A stretch of 45,736 bases of DNA, taken from Deltaproteobacteria bacterium (GTDB lineage Bacteria; Myxococcota_A; Polyangia; HGW-17; SLPX01). Where the stretch lies: NCBI GenBank assembly GCA_021162935.1, contig JAGGXR010000102.1, forward strand, positions 1 to 45,736, in the 5' to 3' direction. The position numbers and the translations under genes were made by a program. Below, piece by piece: positions 43,562-45,736 of the stretch (positions are counted from its first letter, which is position 1; each line of letters begins with the position of its first letter). Below the pieces are notes generated by a model. That model was not told the origin of the DNA. It saw only the letters and a program-made list of their open reading frames with translations, and did not search any database.

Positions 43562-44809
43562 CTACTGAGACATGCTATCGACGAATTCCTGATTGCTTGC
43601 AGTCTTGCTGAGCTTGTCCCGCAGGAATTCCATGGCGTCGATGACGTTGAGCGGGTGGAGGAGCTGGCGCAGGATCCACACGCGGTTGAGCACGTCGGGA
43701 GCCAGGAGCAGCTCTTCCTTGCGTGTTCCGGACTTGTTGATGTCCAGGCAGGGGAAGATCCGCTTTTCCATGAGCTTACGGTCGAGGTGGATCTCGCTGT
43801 TGCCCGTTCCCTTGAACTCCTCGAAGATGACCTCGTCCATTCGGGAGCCCGTGTCCACCAAAGCCGTGGCCACGATGGTCAGGCTGCCGCCCTGTTCCAC
43901 GTTCCTGGCGGCACCGAAGAAACGCTTCGGTTTATGAAGCGCATTCGAGTCCACGCCGCCGGACAGAATCTTGCCCGACGGGGGAACGACCGTGTTGTAG
44001 GCCCGGGCGAGCCTCGTGATGGAATCCAAGAGGATGACCACGTCCTTGCGGTGTTCCACGAGGCGTTTCGCCTTCTCGATGACCATTTCCGCCACCTGTA
44101 CGTGCCGCGATGCCGGCTCATCGAAGGTGGAGCTGATGACCTCGCCATCGACCGACCGAGCCATGTCCGTGACTTCCTCGGGTCGTTCGTCGATGAGCAG
44201 GACAATGAGGACCACGTCCTGGTGGTTGGCGGTGATCGCGTGGGCGATATCCTTGAGGAGCATGGTCTTACCAGCGCGTGGCGGCGAAACGATGAGACAA
44301 CGCTGCCCCTTCCCAATGGGGGAAAGCATATCTACGATTCTCGTAGACATATTCTTCTTGTCAAATTCGAGATTCAGCTTCTCATCGGGATACAGTGGGG
44401 TCAGGTTGTCGAACAGGATCTTGCCTCGCTGGGCATCCGGCGGCTCGAAGTTGACGTCCTGGACCTTGAGCAATGCAAAGTAGCGCTCGGAATCCTTGGG
44501 GGGCCGAATCAGACCGCGAACGGTATCTCCGGTCCGAAGGCCGAAACGACGGATCTGCGAAGGCGACACGTAAATGTCGTCTGGCCCCGGCAGATAGTTA
44601 CAGTCGGGCGCTCTCAAGAAACCGAATCCATCGGGAAGGGTTTCCAGAACGCCCTCTCCGTAGATCTCCTTCTTTTCTTCGGCCCAGCTTTTCAGGAGTG
44701 CGAAAACGAGATCCGAACGCCGCATGTTCGGGGCATCGGTGATGCCGGCAGTCTGAGCCATCTCAGTGATTTCCTTGATGTTGAGTTTTTTCAGTTCGCT
44801 CAGGTCCAT
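43562..44809 (-). CDS. rho: transcription termination factor Rho
   Basis: [19 protein letters not shown]... N-terminal domain. Walker A ([11 protein letters not shown]) and Q/R loops. GAGGAG RBS before the ATG at 44809. The track's 5' extension to 45019 is the leader, not coding. Confidence 0.9.
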   Translation of the reverse strand: MDLSELKKLNIKEITEMAQTAGITDAPNMRRSDLVFALLKSWAEEKKEIYGEGVLETLPDGFGFLRAPDCNYLPGPDDIYVSPSQIRRFGLRTGDTVRGLIRPPKDSERYFALLKVQDVNFEPPDAQRGKILFDNLTPLYPDEKLNLEFDKKNMSTRIVDMLSPIGKGQRCLIVSPPRAGKTMLLKDIAHAITANHQDVVLIVLLIDERPEEVTDMARSVDGEVISSTFDEPASRHVQVAEMVIEKAKRLVEHRKDVVILLDSITRLARAYNTVVPPSGKILSGGVDSNALHKPKRFFGAARNVEQGGSLTIVATALVDTGSRMDEVIFEEFKGTGNSEIHLDRKLMEKRIFPCLDINKSGTRKEELLLAPDVLNRVWILRQLLHPLNVIDAMEFLRDKLSKTASNQEFVDSMSQ

Positions 44810-45019
44810 GAGTCTCCTCTTTGCATCGTGCGCTGCGGTTCGAAGGTCTGGCGAGGACGAAAACGGTTCGTTCAGACGTGCAGACTTTTTCGGTTTGAAC
44901 CACGAACCAGCATGCGGAAGGTGGGTACGGTGCCTATTGACGTTCCTCTGTTTTCTTGATTCTTGTTGTTTTTCTATCTTGTGACGCAAAAAAAGTGTTG
45001 GTGAGTCTTTTCGTGACAA

Positions 45020-45047
45020 ATATTAGCTTTGAACGGATACATGTCAA
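45020..45047 (-). promoter_or_regulatory. sigma70-type promoter of rho (-35 TTGACA, 16-nt spacer, -10 TAATAT on the minus strand), about 200 nt upstream of the rho ATG
   Basis: The reverse complement of 45020-45047 reads TTGACATGTATCCGTTCAAAGCTAATAT. Confidence 0.5.
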
Positions 45048-45081
45048 GGATTTTTAGCGGTTTTTTCATGGAGCGAAATAA

Positions 45082-45351
45082 ATGAGAGTACATGCTCATG
45101 TCCACGGATTGGTGCAGGGAGTCTCTTTCCGCTATTTCGTGCTTTCGGCGGCAAAAAGGCTGACGGTGACGGGATGGGTTCGCAACCGTTCCGATGGATC
45201 GGTGGAATTCGTTGCAGAAGGGCCACGCGACGATCTCGACAGCCTGATCGACGCCTGTCGTAAGGGCCCCCCCATGGCCCGGGTGGATCGCTTGGATGCG
45301 CAATGGGAGAACGAGCAGGCTTCCATGTCGGATTTTCAGATTCGATTCTAA
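45082..45351 (+). CDS. acyP: acylphosphatase
   Basis: VHGLVQGVSFRYF... acylphosphatase signature. 89 aa. Confidence 0.85.
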   Translation: MRVHAHVHGLVQGVSFRYFVLSAAKRLTVTGWVRNRSDGSVEFVAEGPRDDLDSLIDACRKGPPMARVDRLDAQWENEQASMSDFQIRF

Positions 45352-45736
45352 CGGCGGCGCCTCAGCACAAAAAATAGGCCGGCAAAAATGAACGGCAACC
45401 AGGGCATTCGGCTCGACCCCGACGCGTGGCAGGCACAGCCGCCACCGCCCGAGGCGCTCACGCTGAAATCCTTGGGCCCCACCTGTCCATCACCTACCGC
45501 CGCATCCAGGACGGACGCGTCCCTCTGATTCGGGCCACCGTCCCGGCCCGTTCCCGAGTCAGAAACCCCGCCATCCTGTTCCACTGGCTCGCTCGAAACA
45601 CATTGGCCTCGTTCGTCACATTGGCTGCCCGACGGACAGACGATGAGACGACACGGATCGTCGATACAGGAGCCATGACGGCAAACCCGACCCGACCCAC
45701 ACATGACTCCACCGCAGGGATCCTGAGCACATTGGC
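45348..45736 (-). CDS. Cys-rich secreted protein with MYXO-CTERM tail. Partial: the N-terminus lies beyond the window edge.
   Basis: The C-terminus GGGGCACHASGSSRMPWLPFIFAGLFFVLRRRR* is a textbook Gly-Cys / TM / Arg-cluster tail. The upstream sequence (CIDDPCRLIVCPSGSQCDERGQC) resembles the Cys-rich stalk of the giant protein. The reading frame stays open from 45704 to the window end. Confidence 0.6.
   Translation of the reverse strand, partial: QCAQDPCGGVMCGSGRVCRHGSCIDDPCRLIVCPSGSQCDERGQCVSSEPVEQDGGVSDSGTGRDGGPNQRDASVLDAAVGDGQVGPKDFSVSASGGGGCACHASGSSRMPWLPFIFAGLFFVLRRRR

Noticed and set aside
45348-45351. Overlap of the acyP stop with the convergent MYXO-CTERM gene's stop.
   Set aside because: A trivial 4-nt convergent overlap. 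No hairpin or terminator structure was seen. Not informative.
1-45736. tRNA/rRNA genes, CRISPR arrays, transposases/integrases, phage genes.
   Set aside because: No T-loop-like GTTCGAATC motifs. No spacer-repeat arrays. No ORF with transposase/integrase/terminase-like motifs. The intergenic gaps are too short for rRNA. The window looks like core chromosome plus surface-protein accessory genes, not a mobile island.

Overview
This is a high-GC (roughly 60-67%), gene-dense bacterial chromosomal window. Three proteins carry MYXO-CTERM-type sorting tails (a Gly/Cys patch, a TM helix, then an Arg cluster), and a giant MopE-like 'DNDCDG' cysteine-repeat protein is present, so the source is almost certainly a myxobacterium (Myxococcota). 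No rRNA, tRNA, CRISPR array or obvious transposase/integrase was seen. About 32 protein genes are supported. Housekeeping and stress genes are rho (with a long C-rich leader), acylphosphatase, an archaeal/eukaryotic-type pheS-pheT pair, grpE-dnaJ followed by two hsp20 genes, and prkA-yhbH. Several envelope or secreted modules are also present. One is an SPFH/band-7 protein fused to four zinc ribbons in an operon with a coiled-coil protein and a small TM protein. Another is a GH25 lysozyme ending in MYXO-CTERM, next to a Cys-rich / NBR1-like / beta-helix protein. A third is a translationally coupled aspartic-protease-PDZ / Omp85-like / TPR operon. There is also an EGF-like lipoprotein, a TonB-like protein, an MFS transporter, a REC-GAF-GGDEF cyclase, an overlapping CheY-CheA pair, a B12-radical-SAM enzyme, and a 1976-aa ORF. 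That ORF looks like two secreted repeat proteins fused in frame across an internal MYXO-CTERM plus lipoprotein-signal junction. Non-coding observations include a ~48-nt element found twice just after stop codons with a compensatory change in its hairpin, several perfect palindromes at promoter positions, two in-frame tandem repeats (15 bp and 54 bp), and two near-consensus sigma70-type promoters. All calls come from reading the ORF translations and the DNA by eye. No database search was run.
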